A stretch of DNA of 64,000 bases. Source: a virus. The stretch spans positions 127,006 through 191,005 of IMG/VR virus record IMGVR_UViG_3300024581_003792. One strand, written 5' to 3'. Each line of letters starts with the position of its first letter. Position 1 is the stretch's first letter. A program made the position numbers and the translations under genes. This document shows positions 9,599 through 18,812 of this stretch, piece after piece. The notes below the pieces were generated by a model. That model saw only the letters and a list, made by a program, of their open reading frames with translations. It searched no databases and had not been told where the DNA came from.

Positions 9599-10655
9599 AC
9601 TAACTCCATTATCCGCCAGTAGAATTAAAAAAGCTCAAAGTTGCTCATGGAGTTATTGGGCTAGTTATATCTTAAAAGTCCCAGATAAGAGCAACGATGG
9701 CGCAAGTCGCGGGTGGATTTGTCACTTAATCTTTGAACTTTTAGGCAATCCTCGCCACCGCCCAATATATGACGAATTAATATTAAAAGATGACATTTTT
9801 GCTTGTGAACCAATACGAAGATTAGTTGGATATCACGCTAGAAAACTAAACGTAAACGATAAAGAGAACTTACAGTTAATTAACGACATGACCTTGGCGG
9901 GTCTGCATTTTGATTTCTTTGGAGGCGCAAGAGGTGAGCCTGACGAAGCTATATCTGAGCAAGAGTTCAATATTACAGTAGATGAGGCAGACAAACTTTA
10001 TAGATTAAGAGGCTTCATAGATAAACTATTCTTCTATAAAGATCAAGAGCTAGCTGTAATCAGAGACTTTAAAAGCAGCAAGGCAGTATTTAAAGGTAAA
10101 GAATTATCAGATAATCTACAAGATTTATTATACACTTTGGCGGTCAAAAAATTATTCCCTCATTACAAAAAAAGACAAGTAGAATTTTTATTTTTGAAAT
10201 TTGACCTGCATGCTTCTGGTAATGTTAGAATGGATGAAATTACAGATGAAGAGTTAGAGGGCCTAGAATACTACTTAACAGAGATACAAGAATTTATTGA
10301 TAACTTTGATGAAGAAGATGCCCGCAGTAACTTCGCAGGAGCGCAAGGCTATCCTTCTGATGGAACATTTGGCGGCCCCCTAATGTGCGGCAAAGATGGA
10401 TATAAAATATCTAAAGGTAGCCCTTTATTAGATAAAGAAGGCAACCCTATTGTCGCATACATATGTCCATATAGAAAACCTATGACCTATTTTGTGATTA
10501 AAAATAAAGACGGCAAAATTATTAAATCTGTCTTTGAAGATCAAAAAGATACACTCCAGGCGAATGATTCAGAGGGTGAATTTATAGAAGAAATGCATTA
10601 CGAAGGTTGCCCCTACTGGAACCGCCCATCTGTAGAAATCGACGATTTTCTTTAA
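9591..10655 (+). CDS. PD-(D/E)XK nuclease (Cas4/AddB-like exonuclease)
   Basis: LSASRIKKAQSC, RGFIDKL, IRDFKSS, QDLLYTLAV, C-terminal cysteines; ATG 9591 preferred over the track's TTG start. Confidence 0.8.
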   Translation: MPELTPLSASRIKKAQSCSWSYWASYILKVPDKSNDGASRGWICHLIFELLGNPRHRPIYDELILKDDIFACEPIRRLVGYHARKLNVNDKENLQLINDMTLAGLHFDFFGGARGEPDEAISEQEFNITVDEADKLYRLRGFIDKLFFYKDQELAVIRDFKSSKAVFKGKELSDNLQDLLYTLAVKKLFPHYKKRQVEFLFLKFDLHASGNVRMDEITDEELEGLEYYLTEIQEFIDNFDEEDARSNFAGAQGYPSDGTFGGPLMCGKDGYKISKGSPLLDKEGNPIVAYICPYRKPMTYFVIKNKDGKIIKSVFEDQKDTLQANDSEGEFIEEMHYEGCPYWNRPSVEIDDFL

Positions 10656-10661
10656 AATTTT

Positions 10662-10670
10662 GTGTACTCT
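10662..10670 (+). promoter_or_regulatory. GTGTA-class promoter motif
   Basis: GTG-TACTCT, ATG 8 nt downstream. Confidence 0.55.
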
Positions 10671-10677
10671 GTTATGA

Positions 10678-10947
10678 ATGACAGATACAATTGAGAACAT
10701 TTGCTATGAATATGCAGAAAATTCTTTATTCTCTAAAGACGTTACTGTTTTTGGCGCGCCAATAAAGATAATTGTTTACTTGCAATACAAATACATTGGA
10801 GAGCTCTCAAGGTTTTTATGTAATTACGGTTACGAGATCTCTTCTCAAAAAAATACGGGTAAGCATTTTGGTATAGTCAGATTTGAACTAACAAATGTGA
10901 GCGCCCTTGATTGTTTCTTTGATAATAACAAAAGAGGAGGAATTTAA
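10678..10947 (+). CDS. Hypothetical protein
   Basis: 89-aa ORF between motif and next gene. Confidence 0.65.
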   Translation: MTDTIENICYEYAENSLFSKDVTVFGAPIKIIVYLQYKYIGELSRFLCNYGYEISSQKNTGKHFGIVRFELTNVSALDCFFDNNKRGGI

Positions 10948-10948
10948 A

Positions 10949-12112
10949 ATGTTTTTGGTGGGGATAATATTCTTATCGGGCATATCAATATCGTTGGTTG
11001 CTGCGTATTTTAGTATAGTTGGTTTAGCTACAATGTTTCCGGGGTCGATGGAAGCTATCGTTATAATGGGAGCGGTACTTGAAATAGGAAAACTTGTTGC
11101 AGCTGTCTGGCTTCATAAGAATTGGCATGAAGCTTTTGGTTTCCTTAAGTATTACTTACTTTTAGCTGTCGTAGTATTAAGCGCTATAACCAGCATGGGC
11201 ATCTTTGGCTTCCTTTCTAAGTCTCATGTAGAGCATGGCGCCTCAATTGAGAAAGAGCAGGCAGTGATAGCACAGATTGAAAGTAAAATAGAAAGAAAAC
11301 AAACGTTTATCACCCAAAGAAAAGATCTACTTTCTCAGTTTGAAAAACAAACACAGTCTACAAGTGAAAGCTCGGACCAAATCATAAAAAGATTGGACGA
11401 TAGAATCAAAGCAATAAAAGAAGAAGAAACCTCTTTATTAAAAATCCAGAATGATTTATTATTAAAATTTGATTCAGATATAAAAACATTAGATCAGGAG
11501 CTTGAGTCCTCTAAAAAAAGCACAGGCTTTTTTGGCGCCAACAACTTTGATACAGTCAATAATTCACAAAAACCCAAGAGAGAACAGATCAACAAAGATA
11601 GAAATTTTGCTCTAGAAAAAATTGAAACAGTAAAAAAAGAAACTATTCAAAAAATCTCAGATGTTAGATCTCAGATTGACTCAATACAGTTCCAAGACAA
11701 GCCCACTACAATAGACAATCCAAAAATATCTCAGTATCAAAATGATATAGAGGAAGCTTATAATGAGATTGGTGAATTAGAGAATGAAAAATTTGAATAC
11801 GGTGCAGCATTGAGAGCACTAGAAACAGAAATTGGACCAATTAAATACATTGTCGGGGCGCTTGATGAATGGATAGGTTTAGACGTTAACACAGAGCAAG
11901 CCATTAGAATTATTATAGTTATCTTGATTTTTGTTTTTGATCCTCTAGCTATTCTTCTTTTGATCGCTGCTACGATTACCTATTCTAAGAATAAAGAAGA
12001 AGATCTTCCGCCCGATATAAGAGATATCAGAAACAAACTCTTGGATGAATTGGAAGAGTATATAAACGAAGGTGGATTAGCTGAACATTTCATTGAAAGA
12101 ACAAAGAAATAG
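10949..12112 (+). CDS. Multi-pass membrane protein with long coiled coil
   Basis: Three N-terminal hydrophobic helices, heptad-rich middle, C-terminal helix (IIIVILIFVFDPLAILLLIAA); SD AGAGGAGG before ATG 10949. Confidence 0.8.
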   Translation: MFLVGIIFLSGISISLVAAYFSIVGLATMFPGSMEAIVIMGAVLEIGKLVAAVWLHKNWHEAFGFLKYYLLLAVVVLSAITSMGIFGFLSKSHVEHGASIEKEQAVIAQIESKIERKQTFITQRKDLLSQFEKQTQSTSESSDQIIKRLDDRIKAIKEEETSLLKIQNDLLLKFDSDIKTLDQELESSKKSTGFFGANNFDTVNNSQKPKREQINKDRNFALEKIETVKKETIQKISDVRSQIDSIQFQDKPTTIDNPKISQYQNDIEEAYNEIGELENEKFEYGAALRALETEIGPIKYIVGALDEWIGLDVNTEQAIRIIIVILIFVFDPLAILLLIAATITYSKNKEEDLPPDIRDIRNKLLDELEEYINEGGLAEHFIERTKK

Positions 12113-12113
12113 C

Positions 12114-12142
12114 TTGACTTTAGGCTGCACATATGCTAAATT
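12114..12142 (+). promoter_or_regulatory. Sigma70-type promoter
   Basis: TTGACT-17-TAAATT with extended TG; ATG 7 nt after the -10. Confidence 0.75.
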
Positions 12143-12148
12143 ATATGC

Positions 12149-12922
12149 ATGTTGCTTCCATTATTTAAAAGTCATTTTTCAATAGGAAAATCAATACTAA
12201 CTCTAGACGCCCCAAAAGAAGAAGGTCAAAACGAATCGTCCGATTCAGTCTTTGATATTGCCTCACAAAATAATCTAGATAAAGTGGTTTTGGTTGAGGA
12301 TTCTTTTATGGGATTCTTGCAGGCTCGTAAAATTTGCTCTGAATTATCCAAGCAGTTAATATTTGGTATTCGATTAGATTTTTGTGAAGACGCTTCCAAG
12401 ATAGAAGATGCTAAAGATGTCACGTGCAGCCATAAAATTATCATATTCCCCAAAAATTCTGAAGGCTGCAAAAACCTCAACCATATATATACTCTCGCTA
12501 AAACAAAACACAATGGCTGGCTAGATCTTAATATTCTGAAAAAGCACTGGGTAGAAGAAAATCTTGCGTTGGCCGTTCCCTTTTACGACTCTTTTCTTTT
12601 TAAAAATTTAACTACTTTTCAATCTTGCTTTGTACATTTCACCTTCACCAAGCCAACTTTTTTCGTAGAGAATAACGGCTTACCGTTTGATTCAATGATT
12701 CAGGATTCTGTCTCAAAGTACTGCGAAACAAATGATTTGATGACTCAGGAGGTTCAATCAATTTACTATAAAGATAAAAAAGACTTCTCTGCTTATTTAA
12801 CATATAAATTAATATGTGGCAGAAATTCCTTTGCAGGAAAAGAGCTTTCATTAGAAAAGCCTAACTTCGACCACTTGGGCAGCGATCAGTTTTGCTGGGA
12901 AAGCTACATGGAGAAAGTATAA
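12149..12922 (+). CDS. Stand-alone PHP domain of DNA polymerase III alpha
   Basis: PLFKSHFSIGKSIL, LVEDSFMG, IFGIRL, IIIFPKNSEG.KNL follow the DnaE PHP pattern; next to the PHP-less catalytic gene. Confidence 0.75.
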   Translation: MLLPLFKSHFSIGKSILTLDAPKEEGQNESSDSVFDIASQNNLDKVVLVEDSFMGFLQARKICSELSKQLIFGIRLDFCEDASKIEDAKDVTCSHKIIIFPKNSEGCKNLNHIYTLAKTKHNGWLDLNILKKHWVEENLALAVPFYDSFLFKNLTTFQSCFVHFTFTKPTFFVENNGLPFDSMIQDSVSKYCETNDLMTQEVQSIYYKDKKDFSAYLTYKLICGRNSFAGKELSLEKPNFDHLGSDQFCWESYMEKV

Positions 12923-12923
12923 A

Positions 12924-13562
12924 ATGGAAGACTTACTAAGATTTAAAAAACAACAAAAGTATATGGTTTTTGATTTCGAAACCTGTAACCTCAATTTGGT
13001 TTCGGAGCATAATAAACCTTGGCAACTAGCCTTCTTAATCTACCATGGAGACAAACTGATTGAATCAAATGATTATCACATTCATTGGGAAGATTTGCGG
13101 ATGTCCGAAGGGGCTAGAAAGGTTACAGGATTTAATGAATCTAAGTACAAGCGTTTGGCCAAACCGGCAGAAGAAGTACTAGATCATTTCGAAAAGTATC
13201 TATACGATGATGATTACATTAAGCTTGGGCACAATATATTTGGCTTTGACATTTACATTCACAATATTTTCAGGCGGCTCTTAGGGAGAAAAACAGACTA
13301 CTCTTACCTAAACTCATCGATTGATACTCTTTGTTTGGCTAAAGCCATACATAAAGAAATAGATCTCAATGAAGATGATCAGTTTTTATCTTGGCAGTTT
13401 AAACTAAACTCTATTTACGAAAGGGGAATGAGGTTAAATTTAGGGGCATGCTGCAAAACTTATGAAGTTGATTTTGATCCTGCTAAATTGCACGACGCTC
13501 TCTATGATATACAAAAAAACTATGAAGTCTTTAAGAAAATGCTATGGAATATAAAAATATGA
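12924..13562 (+). CDS. DEDDh 3'-5' exonuclease (DnaQ/epsilon-like)
   Basis: ExoI VFDFET, ExoII GHNIFGFD, ExoIII LHDALYD. Confidence 0.88.
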   Translation: MEDLLRFKKQQKYMVFDFETCNLNLVSEHNKPWQLAFLIYHGDKLIESNDYHIHWEDLRMSEGARKVTGFNESKYKRLAKPAEEVLDHFEKYLYDDDYIKLGHNIFGFDIYIHNIFRRLLGRKTDYSYLNSSIDTLCLAKAIHKEIDLNEDDQFLSWQFKLNSIYERGMRLNLGACCKTYEVDFDPAKLHDALYDIQKNYEVFKKMLWNIKI

Positions 13563-13780
13563 AAGAAAACATAAATTGCTATCTTGAATTATACTCAAAA
13601 GAGATCCATAATCTTATGGAAGAGTCTACTTATTTGTATGAAAAAATAAACTCTAAACCTAACTCTTATTGGGAATTTAACAAACAGGAATATAATAATA
13701 TTTTGGAAAAAATTAAAGACATAGAAACAAGCGGGGAAGCATTGCTTACTTGCAAGAATGATTGTATAGCAGATTTATGA
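13559..13780 (+). CDS. Small hypothetical protein
   Basis: 73-aa ORF coupled at both ends (4-nt overlaps). Confidence 0.6.
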   Translation: MKENINCYLELYSKEIHNLMEESTYLYEKINSKPNSYWEFNKQEYNNILEKIKDIETSGEALLTCKNDCIADL

Positions 13781-16353
13781 TTTCCTTCGCAGAACAATTC
13801 ACAGAGTACACTGATTGCATACCCCCAGGTGTTCGTTTACCTAAGATTGAAATCAGTCAAAAGCAGTATGAGTCGATCAATGCCGACCCAAATATATCAA
13901 ATTATGATTTCCTTCGTAAGTTATGCTTGGCAGGTGTCAAAGAAAAAGGTATAGATAAGTTTAAAAACGCTCAGGCCTATTATGACAGAGCCAAAGAAGA
14001 ACTCTCAATATTAAAAGAACTAGGATTTATAGATTATATATTATTAAACTGGGATATTTTAAACTATTGCCACGAAACTGATATACCTACAGGGCCAGGA
14101 AGGGGCAGTGCCGCCGGATGCTTAGTTCTCTACTTGATTGATGTAACGAAGATTGATCCAATTAAATATGATTTATTCTTTGAAAGGTTTGTCAGTAAAA
14201 GCAGGGCGAAAAAAATAGAAAAAGATGGAATTACATATTTAGATGGAAGTCTTCTTGCGGACGTTGATAATGATATCGCTTATGAACATAGATACAAGGT
14301 CATTGATTATATTGAGAACAAATATCCCGGACGAACAGCAAAGATTCTAACACTGAATACCTTGAGCAGTAAACTCTGTATCAGAGAATGTGGCAAAATA
14401 GTGGGTGGCTTTAACGAGTCAGACATTAATGCAATTACTGCGCTAATACCTAAAAACTTTGGCAAGGTTTCCTCTATTCACGAGGCTATCGAGACAACAG
14501 AAAAATTAAAAGAGTGGGCTGAAGAAAATGCTGAGGTAATTAGAATTTCTAAAAAATTAGAAAATTTAAATAAAAACAGTGGAGTGCATCCATCAGGAAT
14601 AGCTATTTCACACGACGAGATATCAACCTTATCTCCATTGCAAGCCACTAACGAAGGGGCATTGGTTACTGCTTATGATATGAATTGGGTTGCAGAGTTG
14701 ATGGTTAAGTTTGATATTCTTGGCTTAAGGACCTTGAGCGTGGTGTACGATGCTTGCGAATCTCTCGATATTGATCCACTTAAAATTCCACTAGACGACA
14801 AGAAGACATACCTGCCATTTCAGGAACTAGAATACGCCCATGGCTTATTTCAAATAGAAGCCCACACTAACTTTAGTGTTTGCAAGAAAATAAAACCAAC
14901 TAATTTAGAGCAGTTGAGTGCCGTTGTTGCTATTGCAAGGCCTGGAGCTTTAGATTTTGCTGACCAATATTCAGACTATGTTCGTACTGGCGACTTTCAA
15001 AGTCAGCATGAGATATATGACGATGTGCTTTCCTATACAGGCGGTATTCCGCTGTACCAAGAACAGCTAATGAAAATGGCTGTAAACATTGGCTTCACAC
15101 TCGATGAAGCTGAACAGCTTAGAAGAATCGTTGGAAAGAAAAAAGTTGACCAAATGCCTGCATGGAAAGCCAAGATCGAAGCTAAAATCATAGAGAACAA
15201 ACTACCGCTTGAGGCAGGAGATATACTTTGGAGAGTCGCAGAAGATAGTGCAAATTATTCTTTCAATAAAAGCCATTCAATTGCTTATAGTACGCTTAGC
15301 GCTTGGACTACTTATTTAAAATTCAATCATCCCAAAGAATTTTTTCTTTCTTTACTAAAGATGACTAAATTTGAACCTACGCCACAGGCAGAGGTTTCAA
15401 GAATCAGTCAAGAGTTACCCTTCTTTGGAATCAAATTATTGCCTCCAAGTATATTACGATCCAAAATGGACTTCTCTATTGAGGGAGACAACATCAGGTA
15501 TGGATTAAGTAGTATCAAAGGGATCAGTGAAAAGTCTTTAAATGCCCTGCGTAAATTTAGAGATGAAGAAAGTAAAACTAAATTTGATTTATTTTTGGCG
15601 GCAAAGTCTGCGGGACTTAATATCGGTGTACTATCAGCATTAATACAAGCAGGCGCCCTCACTGACGATCCAACGGATGACAGATCAAAGCTTGTGCTTG
15701 AAGCTCAATTGTTTAATATCCTTACCGACAGGGAGAAGCGTAATTTCATAGCAATATCTGAGGCTGATGGCGTGGATCTTTTTGCTATATTCAAAAGAGT
15801 TACAGAGTCAAACTTTACTGAAATTGGGGATGACAACAGGCCACTAATTAAAGAATCAAGATACAATACATTGAAAAAGAAATATGATCCTTATAAAAAA
15901 ATCTATTATAAAAATAGTAAAAGTCAAAAGTTCGCAAATTGGTATTTTGAAAAACAATTATTAGGATTTAGTTATTCAGCAGAGCTATCTGAAGTCTTTG
16001 ATCACGATACAAACAAACCTAAAAATTCTGTTTATTTTAAATCTTTAGAGCCTCGAGAATCTTCTAAGTATATTTTTTCTGTAGCTTTTTCAAAGAAAGA
16101 TAAATCAAGAAACGGAAACATGTATATTAAACTAGAGCTAGAAGATGAATTCGGCACAGTTGACGCCATACTTTGCGACACTGCGCGCGAAAAGAAATGT
16201 ACCAACTATATCGAAAAGCATAAGGTTCCAAAAGAAGGTAGTATAATAACACTGCACGGAGAAAAAACTAGAGACGGAGATGCTATTTTTGTAAATAATA
16301 TGAAGATAGTTGATGAAATGATATATATGAACTTAAAAGATCTTAAGGTGTAA
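13777..16353 (+). CDS. dnaE: DNA polymerase III alpha catalytic subunit lacking PHP
   Basis: GPGRGSAAG, LFFERF, ADVDND, GVHPSG, KFDILGL, YSFNKSH, IRYGLSSIKG, C-terminal OB fold. Confidence 0.92.
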   Translation: MISFAEQFTEYTDCIPPGVRLPKIEISQKQYESINADPNISNYDFLRKLCLAGVKEKGIDKFKNAQAYYDRAKEELSILKELGFIDYILLNWDILNYCHETDIPTGPGRGSAAGCLVLYLIDVTKIDPIKYDLFFERFVSKSRAKKIEKDGITYLDGSLLADVDNDIAYEHRYKVIDYIENKYPGRTAKILTLNTLSSKLCIRECGKIVGGFNESDINAITALIPKNFGKVSSIHEAIETTEKLKEWAEENAEVIRISKKLENLNKNSGVHPSGIAISHDEISTLSPLQATNEGALVTAYDMNWVAELMVKFDILGLRTLSVVYDACESLDIDPLKIPLDDKKTYLPFQELEYAHGLFQIEAHTNFSVCKKIKPTNLEQLSAVVAIARPGALDFADQYSDYVRTGDFQSQHEIYDDVLSYTGGIPLYQEQLMKMAVNIGFTLDEAEQLRRIVGKKKVDQMPAWKAKIEAKIIENKLPLEAGDILWRVAEDSANYSFNKSHSIAYSTLSAWTTYLKFNHPKEFFLSLLKMTKFEPTPQAEVSRISQELPFFGIKLLPPSILRSKMDFSIEGDNIRYGLSSIKGISEKSLNALRKFRDEESKTKFDLFLAAKSAGLNIGVLSALIQAGALTDDPTDDRSKLVLEAQLFNILTDREKRNFIAISEADGVDLFAIFKRVTESNFTEIGDDNRPLIKESRYNTLKKKYDPYKKIYYKNSKSQKFANWYFEKQLLGFSYSAELSEVFDHDTNKPKNSVYFKSLEPRESSKYIFSVAFSKKDKSRNGNMYIKLELEDEFGTVDAILCDTAREKKCTNYIEKHKVPKEGSIITLHGEKTRDGDAIFVNNMKIVDEMIYMNLKDLKV

Positions 16354-16357
16354 TCAT

Positions 16358-18769
16358 ATGGGAATGGACACTTCACCCAATTTTACTCCTAAAGCTCAAC
16401 AAATAATATCTCAAGCCAAGCTGTTCGCTAATTCATTAAATGATCCAGAGGTAGAAGGCGCGCATCTTTTGCTTGTTATATTAAATAGTAACTATGCATT
16501 AATCGATGACTTTCTTTCTAGTTTTGGATTCACTACTTCAGAGATTAAAGCTTTTGTGACTTCTTTTTGCGGTCTTAAAAAGAATGACAATGAAATAGAG
16601 TTTTCTAAATTTTCTGAAGAATTTGCCATTATTCTTTCTAAAGCTCATGAGTTTTCAAAAGAGATAGATGATGATCATGTGGGTATCGAACATTTCTTTT
16701 TTATATTCTTAAATGCTTTTGATGGAGCTCTTTATAGTTTTTTTAAAGCTTATGAGGTTGACGTAGAGAACTTGGTAAAAACTTTCATTCTTTTAATTAA
16801 AAATGATAGTTCAATTTTTGCTATGCGTAACCCTATTGATGAGCCAAGGATTCCGCGCTCTCGACCATCAAGTACTCAACAACCCAAAGAAAGCACACTT
16901 GAAAGTTTTGCTGTAAATCTAAATCAATTATGCGCTTCTGGTAAAATTGGAGAAATAATAGGAAAAGATTATGAAGTTGACAGGGTTTGCGAAATTTTAT
17001 CTAGGAAAATAAAAAACAATCCTCTGCTCATTGGTGACCCTGGTGTTGGCAAAACTGCCATCGTTGAAGGCTTGGCGCATAGAATTGTTTCCGGGAAAGT
17101 TCCTCCTTTTTTGCTCAACAAAGAAGTTTACGCTGTTGATCTAGCATCCATGATAGCTGGCACTAAATACAGAGGTCAATTTGAACAAAGAATCAAATCA
17201 TTGCTTTCTGAATGTAAAGACAACCCGAATCTAATTTTATTCATAGATGAAACTCACACTTTGGTGGGGGCTGGTGGAGCAGAAGGAGCAATGGATGCGG
17301 CAAACATACTCAAGCCAGCTTTAGCAAGAGGGGAAGTTACCCTTATCGGAGCAACAACTTTCCCTGAATTTAAAAAAAATATCGAAAAAGATGTTGCGCT
17401 AACCAGAAGGTTCGAAACTATACAAGTTCAAGAACCTACTCGAGAAGAGTGCTTGCTCATACTGAAAGGAATCAAAAAATCTTATGAGTCTTTTCACGAC
17501 GTAAAGTATCCCGTTAAAATTTTAAATCAAATTGTTAGGTTGTGTGATTTATATCTTCCTAGCAAGAGGTTTCCAGACAAGGCTATTGATGTGCTCGATG
17601 AAGTTGGTGCTAAAGTTAAGATACGCAACCTTACTCCACCCAGGGAAATATCTGACCTAGAGGATGAGATTTACGGAGCTATAGATTCTAGTAAATTTAA
17701 TGAAGACATCGATAAAGAGCTTCTTGATAAATATGATACATTACTCAACCAGTGGAAAGAGGAAGAAGTTGAGGGTATAAGTGCAAATGACGTACTTGAA
17801 GTTATTTCCCAAAAAGCAAAAATACCAAAAGACAACTTAATACAAGAGAAAAACGATAAAACTAAATCAATCGAAAAACATTTATCGAAAGATATAATTA
17901 ATCAACCCGAGGCAGTCTCATGCATGAGTCGTTCAATTTTAAGATCTAAAATTGGCCTTAAAGATCACATGAAACCAATAGGATCTTTCTTGTTTCTTGG
18001 TGCAACAGGCGTAGGCAAAACATGGAGCGCTAAAATGCTAGCAAAACATTATTTTGGCTCATCAAAAAATATCTTCAGGTTTGATATGTCGGAATATTCC
18101 GATAAAGTCTCATCATCAAAGCTAATTGGGGCATCTCCTGGATATGTTGGCTATGAAGAAGGAGGTTTATTGATTGAGAATCTAAAGAAAAAACCTCATT
18201 GCGTTTTACTTTTTGATGAAATAGAAAAGTCTCACGCAGAAGTTCAGCAGCTTTTATTACAAGCTCTAGAGGAAGGTGAAATAGAAGACAACAATGGAAA
18301 TAAAGCTTACTTCAAAGACACAATTATTATACTTACAAGTAATATAGGTTCAGAATTAACTACCAAATCAACCCTTGGTTTTGGGCCCTCACAAGAATCA
18401 AACACTTCTAAAATTCATGATGCAGCCAAAAAGATACTAAGCCCAGAGCTTATCAATCGACTTGACGAAATAGTTGTATTTAATCATCTAGAAGAAAAAG
18501 ATCTACAAAAAATATTCAAAAAACAAATAAAAGAATTGCAGGTTAAATTAAAATCAAAAAAAATAAAAATTAATTACTCTGACGAAGTTCTTGAATTTAT
18601 GTGCAAGAAAGCTTCTTCTGAAAAAATGGGAGCGCGCCCCTTAAAAAGGCTAATACAGCAAAATATAGAAGATAAAATCGTAGATTATTACTATAATAAT
18701 CAGATAATTAGCGAGGCTCTATTTAATTTTACCATAGTAAACGAAGAAGTTAGATTTAATATATCATAA
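16358..18769 (+). CDS. clpC: ClpA/ClpC-type AAA+ unfoldase
   Basis: Two Clp-N repeats, GDPGVGKT, LFIDE, KYRG pore loop, GATGVGKT, GYVG, LLFDEIEK, LGF ClpP-docking loop, GARPLKR. Confidence 0.88.
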   Translation: MGMDTSPNFTPKAQQIISQAKLFANSLNDPEVEGAHLLLVILNSNYALIDDFLSSFGFTTSEIKAFVTSFCGLKKNDNEIEFSKFSEEFAIILSKAHEFSKEIDDDHVGIEHFFFIFLNAFDGALYSFFKAYEVDVENLVKTFILLIKNDSSIFAMRNPIDEPRIPRSRPSSTQQPKESTLESFAVNLNQLCASGKIGEIIGKDYEVDRVCEILSRKIKNNPLLIGDPGVGKTAIVEGLAHRIVSGKVPPFLLNKEVYAVDLASMIAGTKYRGQFEQRIKSLLSECKDNPNLILFIDETHTLVGAGGAEGAMDAANILKPALARGEVTLIGATTFPEFKKNIEKDVALTRRFETIQVQEPTREECLLILKGIKKSYESFHDVKYPVKILNQIVRLCDLYLPSKRFPDKAIDVLDEVGAKVKIRNLTPPREISDLEDEIYGAIDSSKFNEDIDKELLDKYDTLLNQWKEEEVEGISANDVLEVISQKAKIPKDNLIQEKNDKTKSIEKHLSKDIINQPEAVSCMSRSILRSKIGLKDHMKPIGSFLFLGATGVGKTWSAKMLAKHYFGSSKNIFRFDMSEYSDKVSSSKLIGASPGYVGYEEGGLLIENLKKKPHCVLLFDEIEKSHAEVQQLLLQALEEGEIEDNNGNKAYFKDTIIILTSNIGSELTTKSTLGFGPSQESNTSKIHDAAKKILSPELINRLDEIVVFNHLEEKDLQKIFKKQIKELQVKLKSKKIKINYSDEVLEFMCKKASSEKMGARPLKRLIQQNIEDKIVDYYYNNQIISEALFNFTIVNEEVRFNIS

Positions 18770-18796
18770 TTTAATCGTCAAATCACCCATAATATA

Positions 18797-18805
18797 GTGT
18801 ATAAT
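18797..18805 (+). promoter_or_regulatory. GTGTA-class promoter motif (virion operon)
   Basis: GTG-TATAAT, ATG 8 nt downstream. Confidence 0.65.
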
Positions 18806-18812
18806 ATGTATT

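Noticed and set aside
12149-16353. Intron- or intein-split dnaE
   Set aside because: Intervening ORFs are a DEDDh exonuclease and a 73-aa protein; no homing endonuclease, intein (C...HN) or group I/II intron signature seen.
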